Positions 1 to 8,846 of a DNA stretch of 32,000 nucleotides are shown here, one piece after another. The notes under the pieces are model-generated. The model did no database searches and was not told where the DNA came from. It saw nothing but the letters and a program-made list of their open reading frames with translations. The DNA lies in contig CAYJVY010000007.1 of the NCBI GenBank assembly GCA_964373795.1, positions 1 through 32,000 on the forward strand. Direction: 5' to 3'. The position numbers and the translations under genes were made by a program. Numbering within the stretch: position 1 is the first letter of the stretch; every line of letters starts with the position of its first letter. The DNA is from an uncultured archaeon (GTDB taxonomy: Archaea > Iainarchaeota > Iainarchaeia > Iainarchaeales > DATDZZ01).

Positions 1-4
1 TTTT

Positions 5-232
5 TTAATGCCTTTTTACTGTGACAACAATTTTTTCATTCTTTATTGTTTTTGTTGCATAGTCTAATGCTGCTAAAATATCCTCTTTCTCTAGAACAGG
101 GTATTCTTTCAAAATTTTCTCTATTGTCATTCCTGCTGTAAGCATTTCTAAGATCATTTCCACACTAATTCTCATTCCACGAATCGTTGCTTTTCCTTTC
201 ATAACTTCAGGATCATAAGTTATTCGTCCCAT
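5..232 (-). CDS. DUF433-family small protein (antitoxin-like)
   Basis: MGRITYDPEVMKGKATIRGMRISVEMILEMLTAGMTIEKILKEYP... fits the DUF433 pattern as I remember it. The ATG at 232 has GGTGA 4 nt upstream, so I prefer it to the ORF-track start at 262. Confidence 0.6.
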   Translation of the reverse strand: MGRITYDPEVMKGKATIRGMRISVEMILEMLTAGMTIEKILKEYPVLEKEDILAALDYATKTIKNEKIVVTVKRH

Positions 233-334
233 TTTTTCACCAATAATATTATAGGTAAACATGTATTTATATTTATTTTAGGGGTCTCTTCCAAGCCATT
301 TCAGAAATCTTGTATTCACTTATTTTTGCTTGTT

Positions 335-1831
335 TTAATTTTTATTTAATTCTTTTAATAAAACTTGTTTCATTAATTTTTTATTAGGCTGTTTTCCATG
401 CCATAACTTGAATTGTTCTGCTGCTTGTTCAATAAACATTTCAATGCCTGAAACAGTTTTACAACCTTTTTTTTCAGCAGTTTTAAGCAGCTTTGTTTTT
501 AGTGGATTGTAAACGCAGTCAAAAACTATTGCTCCTTTTTTTAAGAATTTTTCTGGAACAATGCTTTCATTGATTTTAGGCACCATGCCAATTGAAGTTG
601 AATTAATTATTACCTCAAATTTTTCATTAAAGGTTTTTAATGAATCCAGTGAAACAAATTTTTGTTCAAATCTTGAAGCAATTTCTTGTGCTTTTTCTTT
701 AGTGCGGTTAATTATTGTAACTTGTGCTTTTTCTTGTTTCAATCCAAAAGCAATTGCTTTTGCTGCTCCGCCCGCGCCAAATAATGCAACTTTTTTTCCT
801 TTTAATTTTGTTACAGTTTTAAGAGAGTTAACAGCTCCTATAAAATCCGTATTAAATCCAATTAATTTTCCTTTTCTTTTAACAACAGTATTCATTGCAT
901 TAATTTTTTTCACTGCAGGATTTAATGAATTCATGAAATGCATTATTTCTTGCTTCCAAGGCAGGGTTATAGAGCTTCCTTCTACTTGAAAATAGTTAAA
1001 GAATTGTTTGAAATCATTTAATTCTTCTACTTTTACTTTAAGCATTAAAGCATTAATTTTTGCTTTTTGTAGTGCAGCATTATGAATTACTGGGCCTTTT
1101 GATTGAGTGATTGGATTTCCTATTCCAGTGAAAATTCTTGGCATTGATTTAAATCTTTTCACTCTATAAATTTTGAGTAATTCTTGAACAGTTAATTGTC
1201 CTTCAGCGCTTTCTTTTCCTTTTTCTAAAGCAGCATAAGTCCATTCTCCGCCAAAAAAAGGAGCCAAAATTCTTGAAGGTTCTCCAAGTTCTCCTATTAA
1301 ACCAAAAACTGTTTTACTTTTTTTATGTGTTTTCTGCATTGACTCAAATAATCTCACAACGTCATTCAATTTTTGTGCTTTGCAAAACACTTTAACAAAA
1401 TCAGGAGTGAATTGAATCATTTCATTTAAAACTGTTTCAAGTTTTGCATTTAAAGGAGTTTCATGAAAGTTATGATAAGATAAAATGAATTTTGTTTTCC
1501 CAGCATTTTTTTTCAAGGAATAAAGCATTTCATTTGCTGAACTTAATTCTAAATCAATTAATTCAGCGCCAAACTTTATTGCGTTTTGCAGTATTTGAAA
1601 TCTTTCTTGTCCTGTGTGAAAAATTTTTCCTCCATCTGATTGTTTTCTGCAAGTAGCAATTACTGGTTTCTTGCATGCTTTAATTAATTTTTTTAAATTT
1701 TTTTCATTCAAGTCTTGCAAGAAATCCAATCTAAGTTCAACCAAGTCAGCTAGCTTGCAAGCTTTTTTTACAGCACTTAATGCTTTACGTGAATTTGTTT
1801 CAGTAATTGAAATGCATATTTTGTACTTCAC
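335..1831 (-). CDS. aroD/aroE: Bifunctional 3-dehydroquinate dehydratase (type I) / shikimate 5-dehydrogenase
   Basis: The N-terminal half has LVELRLDFL and SYHNFHETP (type I DHQase). The C-terminal half has GNPITQSKGPVIHN and GAGGAAKAIAFGL (shikimate dehydrogenase Rossmann). I prefer the GTG at 1831: AGGAG lies 8 nt upstream and it forms a GTGA overlap with the aroB stop. The ORF-track start is a GTG at 1840. Confidence 0.85.
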   Translation of the reverse strand: MKYKICISITETNSRKALSAVKKACKLADLVELRLDFLQDLNEKNLKKLIKACKKPVIATCRKQSDGGKIFHTGQERFQILQNAIKFGAELIDLELSSANEMLYSLKKNAGKTKFILSYHNFHETPLNAKLETVLNEMIQFTPDFVKVFCKAQKLNDVVRLFESMQKTHKKSKTVFGLIGELGEPSRILAPFFGGEWTYAALEKGKESAEGQLTVQELLKIYRVKRFKSMPRIFTGIGNPITQSKGPVIHNAALQKAKINALMLKVKVEELNDFKQFFNYFQVEGSSITLPWKQEIMHFMNSLNPAVKKINAMNTVVKRKGKLIGFNTDFIGAVNSLKTVTKLKGKKVALFGAGGAAKAIAFGLKQEKAQVTIINRTKEKAQEIASRFEQKFVSLDSLKTFNEKFEVIINSTSIGMVPKINESIVPEKFLKKGAIVFDCVYNPLKTKLLKTAEKKGCKTVSGIEMFIEQAAEQFKLWHGKQPNKKLMKQVLLKELNKN

Positions 1832-3012
1832 TTTAAGCACTCCTTTAAAACTTTTTTCACAATTTTTTCATCAACCTCTATTCCCACTTTTCCATTAATG
1901 GTTTTTATTTTTCCAATTTTTTCCAATAAAATGAATTGCATTTTTCCTTCAGAAGATTTTTTGTCTTGCTTCATTTTTTCAATGTATTGGTCGACTGAAA
2001 ATTTTGGCAACTTTAAATCATAACCGTAGCCGAATTCTTCAAGGTAATATTTTTGCAGATTGAACTCTTGTTCACTCAAGTAACCAAGTTCCACTGCAAG
2101 TTTTCCTGCAAAGTTCATTCCCTTAATTATTGCAATTCCATGTGGCACAGTGTAATTTGTTAAAGATTCAATTGCATGCCCTAAAGTGTGCCCATAATTC
2201 AATGACTTGCGTAATTCTGATTCTCTTTCATCCTCACAAACGATTTTTGCCTTAACATTCACATTTTTCAGAATAATGCTTTCAATATCGTTGTAAAAAA
2301 CCTTCTTATTGTATTCTAGTTCGCTTTTTGAGAGCTTTCCTTTTTTCTCAAATTCTTTATCCGTTATTAATTCATATCTAAAAATATCATTGATGTTATA
2401 CTCAATCAAATCCAGAATATTTTTGTCAAAAATTAAGCCATGTTTAATTACTTCGGCTATTCCATTTTTTACTTCGTTTGTTGGCAGATTCAACAAAATA
2501 TCAATATCATAAAAAATCTTTTTCGGTTGCCAGAATGTTCCTGCAAGATTTTTTCCTTCAACCAAATCAACTCCTGTTTTTCCGCCGATTGCTGAATCCA
2601 CTGCTGTAAAAGTAGTTGGCACGCTTACAAAAGGAATTCCGCGCATGAAAATGCTTGCAACAAAACCCGCAACATCTGTTGAAATCCCTCCGCCGAAAGC
2701 AATTACTGCACTTTTTCTGTCAAATCCTTTCTTCAAAAGCTTGTTCAAAATAGCTTCAACTGTTTTCAAATTCTTGTTTTTTTCTCCTGCAGGAAAAGAA
2801 ATCAATTCAGCATTCAAACCTTCCTTGTGTAAAACATCTAAAAACTTGTCTCCGTAAAGAGCTTCAACATTTGAGTCGCAAATTAGTGCATATTTGTTTC
2901 CAAGTTTTTCTTGTCCAAGTATTTGTGCAATCTCTGGAAAGATATTCCGACCAATGCAAACCTCGAATTCCTCTATTGGTTTTCGCTTTACTTCAAATTT
3001 TAGTTTTTTCAT
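1828..3012 (-). CDS. aroB: 3-dehydroquinate synthase
   Basis: GGGISTDVAGFVASIFMRGIPFVSVPTTFTAVDSAIGGKTGVDL and the later HG..LGHAIE-type histidines are typical of AroB-type DHQ synthase. Confidence 0.9.
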   Translation of the reverse strand: MKKLKFEVKRKPIEEFEVCIGRNIFPEIAQILGQEKLGNKYALICDSNVEALYGDKFLDVLHKEGLNAELISFPAGEKNKNLKTVEAILNKLLKKGFDRKSAVIAFGGGISTDVAGFVASIFMRGIPFVSVPTTFTAVDSAIGGKTGVDLVEGKNLAGTFWQPKKIFYDIDILLNLPTNEVKNGIAEVIKHGLIFDKNILDLIEYNINDIFRYELITDKEFEKKGKLSKSELEYNKKVFYNDIESIILKNVNVKAKIVCEDERESELRKSLNYGHTLGHAIESLTNYTVPHGIAIIKGMNFAGKLAVELGYLSEQEFNLQKYYLEEFGYGYDLKLPKFSVDQYIEKMKQDKKSSEGKMQFILLEKIGKIKTINGKVGIEVDEKIVKKVLKECLK

Positions 3013-3022
3013 TCAATCACTT

Positions 3023-3691
3023 TTAGTATTTTCCTGTTTTGGCTTGACTCATTGGTGTTATTTCTACTTGATCAATTAATGTTTTGTCTTGTCTTTCTAC
3101 TATAAAAAGAATTATTTCTGCTATTTCTTTTGGATCTAAGTATTCGGGATTTGATTGCTCTCTAAAATGTGTGTCAACTCCTCCGGGACAAATTAAAGTC
3201 ATTTTAACATTTTTTTCAGCACAGTCTTGTTTCATTGACTTAATTAATCCTTGAACTGCATGTTTTGCTGCTGTATAAACTGTGTTTCCAGGAGAAGGTC
3301 CTAAACCAACTTTGGAGGAAGTAACAATTACATGTCCTTTTTCTCTTTCAAGCATTTTTGGCAAAAATGTTTTCAGAGTTAAATAAACTCCTTTTAATGT
3401 AATGTCCATCATTTTGTCAAAGTCTTCTTCACTTGTTTCAACAAGTTTTCCTTTTACTCTAATGCCTGCATTTGGAACTAATAAATCAATTGGTTCTTTT
3501 ATTCTTTCTTGTGCCTTTTTTAATTGTTCACTTTTTGTGACATTGCATTCAAGGAAAACAAAATTTTTGTCTTCAAATTTTGGCTTGCTTCGTGAAAGTC
3601 CATAAACCTTCCAGCCTTTTTTAACCAAAAGTTTTGTAGTTTCCAAACCAATTCCCGAACTTGCTCCAGTAATTACAGCAGTTTTTATTAT
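3023..3691 (-). CDS. Short-chain dehydrogenase/reductase (SDR), start codon unresolved
   Basis: YTAAKHAV (YxxxK) and NAG motifs lie in the listed ORF. The Rossmann motif TAVITGASSGIG is encoded in frame upstream of the listed TTG start at 3646. The frame is open up to a TAA at 3701-3703 and contains only ATA ATA (3691-3686) as possible starts. Confidence 0.7.
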   Translation of the reverse strand: MIKTAVITGASSGIGLETTKLLVKKGWKVYGLSRSKPKFEDKNFVFLECNVTKSEQLKKAQERIKEPIDLLVPNAGIRVKGKLVETSEEDFDKMMDITLKGVYLTLKTFLPKMLEREKGHVIVTSSKVGLGPSPGNTVYTAAKHAVQGLIKSMKQDCAEKNVKMTLICPGGVDTHFREQSNPEYLDPKEIAEIILFIVERQDKTLIDQVEITPMSQAKTGKY

Positions 3692-3718
3692 ATCCCCTGT
3701 TTAGATTTTTGTCCAAAA

Positions 3719-3730
3719 ACTATTTAAACC
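3719..3730. promoter_or_regulatory. TATA-like box (minus strand reads TTTAAATAGTTT) between the divergent SDR gene and the small plus-strand ORF
   Basis: The plus strand reads aaactatttaaa. The box is centred about 33 nt from the ATA at 3691 and 22-27 nt from the ATGs at 3746/3752. The same 12-mer recurs at 21337-21348 and 21519-21530. Confidence 0.4.
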
Positions 3731-3745
3731 TGTAAATGCATAAAT

Positions 3746-3904
3746 ATGAATATGACTATTCAAACTGTAACTATTCTAAAGAAAGGGTATGAGTTTCTTA
3801 AAAAGAAGGCAGAAATAGATGACGATTTGCTGACTTCTTTGGTTAAAGGCTTAGAAGATATTAAAGCTGGCAGAATAAAGCCATGGAAGAAGTCTATAAA
3901 CTAA
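3746..3904 (+). CDS. Small antitoxin-like ORF (52 aa), absent from the ORF track
   Basis: My translation is MNMTIQTVTILKKGYEFLKKKAEIDDDLLTSLVKGLEDIKAGRIKPWKKSIN. The C-terminal LEDIKAGR..W resembles antitoxin tails I remember. It has a TATA-like box upstream and converges on the relE-like gene. Confidence 0.35.
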   Translation: MNMTIQTVTILKKGYEFLKKKAEIDDDLLTSLVKGLEDIKAGRIKPWKKSIN

Positions 3905-4204
3905 TCCTCTTTTTTATTTCTTCTTTGTAATGTGGCATTAAAGCTTTTATCACATCAATTGCTTTTTGCTGATCTTTTTTGTTGCTTAATGTTATAACAA
4001 ATACAACAACATTTCTTCATAAATTAAATAATAAATCCTATATCCTCTAATTTTTTTTTCTCGAAAAAGTTTGTAACCCAAATGTTTCCCAAGATAAGGG
4101 TTTGTTTCAAGCTGGCTTATTTCCTTTTCTATCTGCCTTTGCAAATTTGAATCCAGCTGATCAAACTTTTTCTCAAACTCGGAGGTTTTAAAAATTTTGT
4201 ACAC
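3894..4204 (-). pseudogene. RelE/ParE-family toxin gene interrupted by a frameshift
   Basis: The listed 70-aa ORF (GTG start at 4204) ends ...YRIYYLIYEEMLLYLL*. Shifting frame after GAAGAA at about 4011 gives VVVFVITLSNKKDQQKAIDVIKALMPHYKEEIKKRISL*, with its stop at 3894-3896. That is the expected RelE-like C-terminus. Confidence 0.6.
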
Positions 4205-4210
4205 AACAAA

Positions 4211-6112
4211 TCACAAATAAGTTTCAGACTTCGTTTTTTCCTTCTTCAAAATTTTCACAATTTCCTCAACTTTTTTCTGCTCGTCATCATGCTCGGAGTC
4301 AATTACATAATCAGCAGCTTTCTCATAAAAAGCTTTCCTTAGTTCAAGCATCTTCTTAATTTCGCCCAGTTCTGTCTTCTCTTTTGTCAGCCTTGGTCTT
4401 TCCTTGTCTCCGCCAATCCTGGAAAGAATTTTTTCAGGGCTTGCGGTAAGCAAAAACACTACTCCGTTTCTCCGGAAATTTTGCACATTTTTTTGCCTAG
4501 TTGGAACTCCTCCTCCGCAGGCAAGAACAATTCCTTGCTGCTTGCACAAATCCTCGATAACTTGTTCTTCAATTTTGCGGAAATGCTCCTCGCCTTTTTC
4601 CTTGAAAATTTCACGGATTGGTTTGTGTTCACGGATTGCGATTTCATCATCTGAATCAACAAACCTTTTGCCAATTTTTTCTGCCAAGAGTTTTCCAATT
4701 TTGCTCTTGCCCGTGCCCCTGTAGCCAATCAGTACAATATTTGTCGCGCTTTTTTTTACTCCGCCAAGTTTTTTCAATTCTTCAAAAAAATTCGGAAAAC
4801 TTTTTGCAACACATTTTTCGTCCAAAATTTTTATTCCAGGAACAGCCAAGCCAACTATGCTGAAGGCCATTGCAATTCTGTGATCAGAAAAGCATTCAAT
4901 TTCTGCTCCATGCAATTTCTTTAAATCTTCTGAAATTCCTTCAATTTCCATGAAATCTTTTCCAGTTTTTACTTTGCAACCAATTTTTCGCAATTGCGAA
5001 GCAACTGATTTAATTCTGTCAGACTCCTTAATCCTCAAATGTCCAATATTTTTTATGAAAGTTTTTCCTTCAGCAAACGCTGCTACAATTGCAAGGCTTG
5101 GAACAATATCGGGAAAATCCTTCATGTCTGCAGTGATTCCTTTTAATGGTGCTCCGTGAACTTCAACAAAATCACAATTTAAATCCTTTGGATTTAAATG
5201 TGCATTCAAAGCATTGCTTTGAATTACATTTCCAATGAAAATTCCGCAACCCATTTCTTCCAATAAATCCACAAATCTTTTGTCTCCTTGCTTTGAGTGA
5301 ATTGACAAATTTGTTACTCTGATTACTCCATGTGTTATTGCTGCTGCTGCAAAAAAATAACTCGCATTAGAAAAATCTCCTTCTACTTCAATTTCTTTTC
5401 CTTTATATCCTTTTCCAGGTTTTGTTAAAAATTTTTTGTAGTCAGGATTTTCTGTTTCTACTCCAAACTCTTGCATTAACTGCAAAGTAATGTCAATGTA
5501 TGGTTTGGATTTCATTTCTCCTTTGCATTTTAATTCAATTTCTTGTTTTGCGTAAGGAGAAGCAATCAGTATTGCGGAAAAAAATTGACTTGACTCTTTT
5601 CCTGAAATTTCTGTTTTTCCTCCAAGAATTCCTCCGCCATAAATTTCAATTGGCGGGCAATTGTTGTTTTTCAGCGCGCGCGCTTTTACTCCTAAATCAT
5701 TTAGTGCTTTCAATAATTCTCCTATTGGGCGTTGCTGCATTCTTTCATTTCCTGTTATAACAATTTTTCCTTTTGGTGTGAGAGCAGCAATTGCTGCAAG
5801 AAAACGCATTGTTACTCCTGAATTCCCTACAAAGATTTCTTTCTTTGGGAGTTTCAGTTTTCCATTCGCTCCTTCAATAGTGATTGTTTTGCTTTTTTCA
5901 TTGATTTGAATTTTTACTCCAAATTCTCGTAAAGCCTGGATTGCATTTAATTGATCTTCTGCAAGCAAGGCATTTCTAATAATGCTTTTGCCTTTAGCTA
6001 AAGTAGCAATGAAAATTAGTCTTAAAGTGTGTGCCTTTGAAGGCGGTGCTTCAAGGAAAGCATTTAGTTGCCTAGTTAAAGGAATTATTTCAATCATGAC
6101 AAAATTAACCAT
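4211..6112 (-). CDS. aroA/aroK: Bifunctional EPSP synthase / shikimate kinase (AroK type)
   Basis: The EPSP synthase body runs from LEAPPSKAHTLRLIFIATLAKG to DHRIAMAFSIVGL. From about 4741 downward there is a P-loop kinase with IVLIGYRGTGKSKIGKLLAEKIGKRFVDSDDEI, GEEHFRKIEEQV and ACGGGV. An alternative start is the ATG at 6097. Confidence 0.85.
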   Translation of the reverse strand: MVNFVMIEIIPLTRQLNAFLEAPPSKAHTLRLIFIATLAKGKSIIRNALLAEDQLNAIQALREFGVKIQINEKSKTITIEGANGKLKLPKKEIFVGNSGVTMRFLAAIAALTPKGKIVITGNERMQQRPIGELLKALNDLGVKARALKNNNCPPIEIYGGGILGGKTEISGKESSQFFSAILIASPYAKQEIELKCKGEMKSKPYIDITLQLMQEFGVETENPDYKKFLTKPGKGYKGKEIEVEGDFSNASYFFAAAAITHGVIRVTNLSIHSKQGDKRFVDLLEEMGCGIFIGNVIQSNALNAHLNPKDLNCDFVEVHGAPLKGITADMKDFPDIVPSLAIVAAFAEGKTFIKNIGHLRIKESDRIKSVASQLRKIGCKVKTGKDFMEIEGISEDLKKLHGAEIECFSDHRIAMAFSIVGLAVPGIKILDEKCVAKSFPNFFEELKKLGGVKKSATNIVLIGYRGTGKSKIGKLLAEKIGKRFVDSDDEIAIREHKPIREIFKEKGEEHFRKIEEQVIEDLCKQQGIVLACGGGVPTRQKNVQNFRRNGVVFLLTASPEKILSRIGGDKERPRLTKEKTELGEIKKMLELRKAFYEKAADYVIDSEHDDEQKKVEEIVKILKKEKTKSETYL

Positions 6113-7331
6113 GCATTTCTTTTAAAAAGTTGTTTGCAAATTTATCTATTCTGTCAAATGCAGAGTTAATTGTTTCTTCAGCCATGCAGAAAGCCATTCT
6201 TACATGTCCTTCTCCTGTTGGCCCAAAAGCTTTTCCTGGAACTGTTACAACATGAGTTTCATTCAACAACTTTAAACAAAAATCAAATGAATTAATTTTT
6301 CCGTCAAGAATTTTTGGAAAAACATAGTATGCTCCGTTAGGTTTTTGTGCGGAAAACAATTTGTTTTCATTAATTCTTTTCATTATTATATTTCTTCTTT
6401 TCTCAAATTCTTTCTTGAATTCTTGAATGCAGTCTTGAGGTCCTTGCAATCCAGCTAATGCCGCGTATTGTGAAACAACTGGGGCACAAATAGCAAATGC
6501 ATCGTGCACTTTAAGTAATTGGTTGATATATTGTTCTCCTGCTACAACGTAACCTAAACGCCAACCAGTCATTGCATAAGTTTTTGAGAAACTAAAACAA
6601 GAAATTACATTTTCTTTCATTTCAGGAATGCTTGCAATACTGAAATGCTTTAATCCATCAAACAAAAAATATTCATAGGTTTCATCAGTAATAACTAGTA
6701 AATCGTTTTCTAAAGCAATGTTTGCCAATTCACGTAAATCTTTTTCTAAAAAAATTGTTCCAGTTGGATTTAATGGAGTGCATAAAAGCATTCCTTTTGT
6801 TTTTTTTCCAATTGATTTCCGAAATTTGTCTACATCCAACCTATAATTTTCTTCTTCCAGTAATGGCACAAAATTAATTTTTGCTTCGGCTAGTGCGAGT
6901 TGCTCTAAATGAGGAGAATAATTTGGGGAAGGAACAAGGATTTCATCTCCTGGATTAAAGAAGGAAAGCATTATTGAAGCCAATCCTTCATTTGCTCCAA
7001 CTGTTACTAGAACTTCTTTTTCAGGGTTTGCTTTAATGTGGTTAAAGTTTTCCAATTTTTTTGCAATTTCGTTTCGTAGCTCTGGAATTCCTGTTCCTAA
7101 AACATATTTTCCTACTTTGTCTTCAGCAATTTTTTTTGCAGCAAAATCTTTAATGTGTTGAGGCGTTGGAAAAGAAGGAGTTCCTTGTCCTAGAGAAAGT
7201 TTGTCAGAGTATTTTGCTGCAATTAACTCCATTTCTTTTATTGGAGAAACAATCATCTTGTTTACTCTTTTTGAAGAAAATTTTTCATCAAATTTTGCTC
7301 CAGATTTTGAAAGTGCTGATTCTTTACTCAT
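6105..7331 (-). CDS. Class I/II PLP aminotransferase (aspartate/aromatic type)
   Basis: The SFSKTYAMTGWRLGY lysine motif and NPTG motif are present. The gene is embedded in the aro/phe operon and has a 4-nt overlap with the DAHP synthase stop. Confidence 0.8.
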   Translation of the reverse strand: MSKESALSKSGAKFDEKFSSKRVNKMIVSPIKEMELIAAKYSDKLSLGQGTPSFPTPQHIKDFAAKKIAEDKVGKYVLGTGIPELRNEIAKKLENFNHIKANPEKEVLVTVGANEGLASIMLSFFNPGDEILVPSPNYSPHLEQLALAEAKINFVPLLEEENYRLDVDKFRKSIGKKTKGMLLCTPLNPTGTIFLEKDLRELANIALENDLLVITDETYEYFLFDGLKHFSIASIPEMKENVISCFSFSKTYAMTGWRLGYVVAGEQYINQLLKVHDAFAICAPVVSQYAALAGLQGPQDCIQEFKKEFEKRRNIIMKRINENKLFSAQKPNGAYYVFPKILDGKINSFDFCLKLLNETHVVTVPGKAFGPTGEGHVRMAFCMAEETINSAFDRIDKFANNFLKEMHG

Positions 7332-8356
7332 ATTATTTCCCTTCCAATTGCTTTTGCGATTTTTTCCAATTCTTTTTTTAATTCACCAAACTCTTTTGGA
7401 AGCAATGCTTGTTTTGCATCAACTAATGCTTCTTCTGGTTTCCAATGACAATCAATTAGTAATCCATCTGCTCCGCAAGCAATTGCTGCTTTACTCATGC
7501 TTGCAACGAATTCTTTTGATCCAGTGCCATGGGAGGGATCAACAATTATTGGTAAGTGACTTACTTTTTTAATGTATGGAACTGCTGTTAAATCTAAAGT
7601 GTTTCTATAAGCTGTTTCAAATGTTCTAATTCCTCTTTCGCATAAAATTACTTGCTTGTTTCCATTAGCTAAAACATATTCTGCTGATAAAAGCCATTCT
7701 TCTATTGTTGAAGCAAATCCTCGTTTAATTATTATTGGTTTGTTTAATTTTCCCACCTCTTTTAATAAATCAAAGTTTTGCATATTTCTTGTACCAATTC
7801 TTAAAATATCTGCGTGCTTTGCACTAATCTCCACATCTCTTATATCCATTACTTCTGTTTCAGTAATCAATTCTAATTCGTCTTTAACTTTTTTTAACCA
7901 TTTCAATCCTTTTACTCCAATTCCTTGAAAAGCGTATGGAGAAGTTCTTGGCTTGAATGCAGAAGCTCTAATTACTTTTACTCCGCATTCTTTTAATTGG
8001 CGAGCTGTTTCAAATAATTGTTCTTCTGATTCAATTGCGCAAGGCCCAATTATTGAGAGAATTTCTTTTCCTCCAATGCTTGCTCCGTTATCAAATTTTA
8101 TTACAGTGTTTTCTGGATGAAATTCTCGAGAAGCAAGTTTGAATGGCTTTAAAACCTGCATTACTTTTTCTATTCCAGGCAAGCCTTCAAGTTTTTCTTT
8201 GCTTAAAAGTCTTTCATCGCCTATTATTCCTATAACTATTTTTTCTGTTCCCCTAGAAACATCGTATTTAAATCCTTGAGATTTAATGAATTCAAATATT
8301 GCATTTAATTTTTTTTCATCAATTTTTGCTGAAACAATTATAATCATTTTTTTCAA
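7328..8356 (-). CDS. 3-deoxy-7-phosphoheptulonate (DAHP) synthase, type I-beta with N-terminal ferredoxin-like regulatory domain
   Basis: The length (342 aa) and layout resemble the Thermotoga-type enzyme: an N-terminal ~70-aa small domain, then GPCAIESEEQ and KPRTSPYAFQG motifs. GAGGT lies upstream of the ATG. Confidence 0.85.
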   Translation of the reverse strand: MKKMIIIVSAKIDEKKLNAIFEFIKSQGFKYDVSRGTEKIVIGIIGDERLLSKEKLEGLPGIEKVMQVLKPFKLASREFHPENTVIKFDNGASIGGKEILSIIGPCAIESEEQLFETARQLKECGVKVIRASAFKPRTSPYAFQGIGVKGLKWLKKVKDELELITETEVMDIRDVEISAKHADILRIGTRNMQNFDLLKEVGKLNKPIIIKRGFASTIEEWLLSAEYVLANGNKQVILCERGIRTFETAYRNTLDLTAVPYIKKVSHLPIIVDPSHGTGSKEFVASMSKAAIACGADGLLIDCHWKPEEALVDAKQALLPKEFGELKKELEKIAKAIGREII

Positions 8357-8360
8357 CCTC

Positions 8361-8846
8361 TTAAAAATGTTTTAAAAATTCTTTAAATTTTTCACTTTTT
8401 TCAACCTCTAAAATTTTTTCTTTAAGCATTTTAATATCTTTTTCATTAAGTCTTTCTTTTCCTGATTGTTTTTTGAATTCTTCTTTTAATGGCATCCTGG
8501 TTGCTTCTCCATGTTTTTGTTCAATTGAATTTCTTGCTCTGCCATAAAAATGTAAATGAAAGGTTGGGCCCTCAGGAGTATCTAACTTCCAATTTCCATT
8601 GTCTTGATAATTTATTCTTGCAACATTAATTCCTCTTTTTGGCAAAACTTCATATAATGATTTTCCTACAATCATTGAAATTCTAATAAAATCAATTGCT
8701 TCATTTAAAGTCATTTCGTTTCTGTCAAAAATTTTTCTTTTAGGAATTAATACTAAATGTCCTCCGTCGTGTCTAGAAATATGTGGTTTTTCTGGTACAA
8801 TTAACTCAAAATATTTGTCTTCGTAAACTGTAGTTGGTTTATTGAT
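8361..8846 (-). CDS. HIT-family (histidine triad-like) protein, start codon unresolved
   Basis: The listed 117-aa ORF contains FHLHFYGR. The frame stays open upstream to the pheA stop and encodes INKPTTVYEDKYFELIVPEKPHISRHDGGHLVLIPKRKIFDRNE, a typical HIT N-terminal half. There is no ATG/GTG/TTG in that stretch. The first codon after the TAA is ATC (8846-8844), with GAGGTG 6 nt upstream. Confidence 0.6.
   Translation of the reverse strand: MNKPTTVYEDKYFELIVPEKPHISRHDGGHLVLIPKRKIFDRNEMTLNEAIDFIRISMIVGKSLYEVLPKRGINVARINYQDNGNWKLDTPEGPTFHLHFYGRARNSIEQKHGEATRMPLKEEFKKQSGKERLNEKDIKMLKEKILEVEKSEKFKEFLKHF

Noticed and set aside
561-989. Plus-strand ORFs lying antisense to the minus-strand genes, for example 561-989, 1671-1898, 5500-5909, 7201-7572, 9044-9421, 15682-16092, 17500-18078, 18188-18601, 20837-21157 and 29596-30435.
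   Set aside because: Each lies fully inside a well-supported minus-strand gene. Their translations are low-complexity Phe/Ser/Leu/Ile-rich strings, as expected from the antisense strand of Lys/Glu/Asn-rich AT-rich genes. None shows a family motif or its own promoter-like box.
4459-4728. An 89-aa minus-strand ORF in an alternative frame inside the aroA::aroK gene.
   Set aside because: It overlaps the conserved shikimate-kinase P-loop region read in the main frame and has no recognisable motif, so it is most likely a chance open frame.
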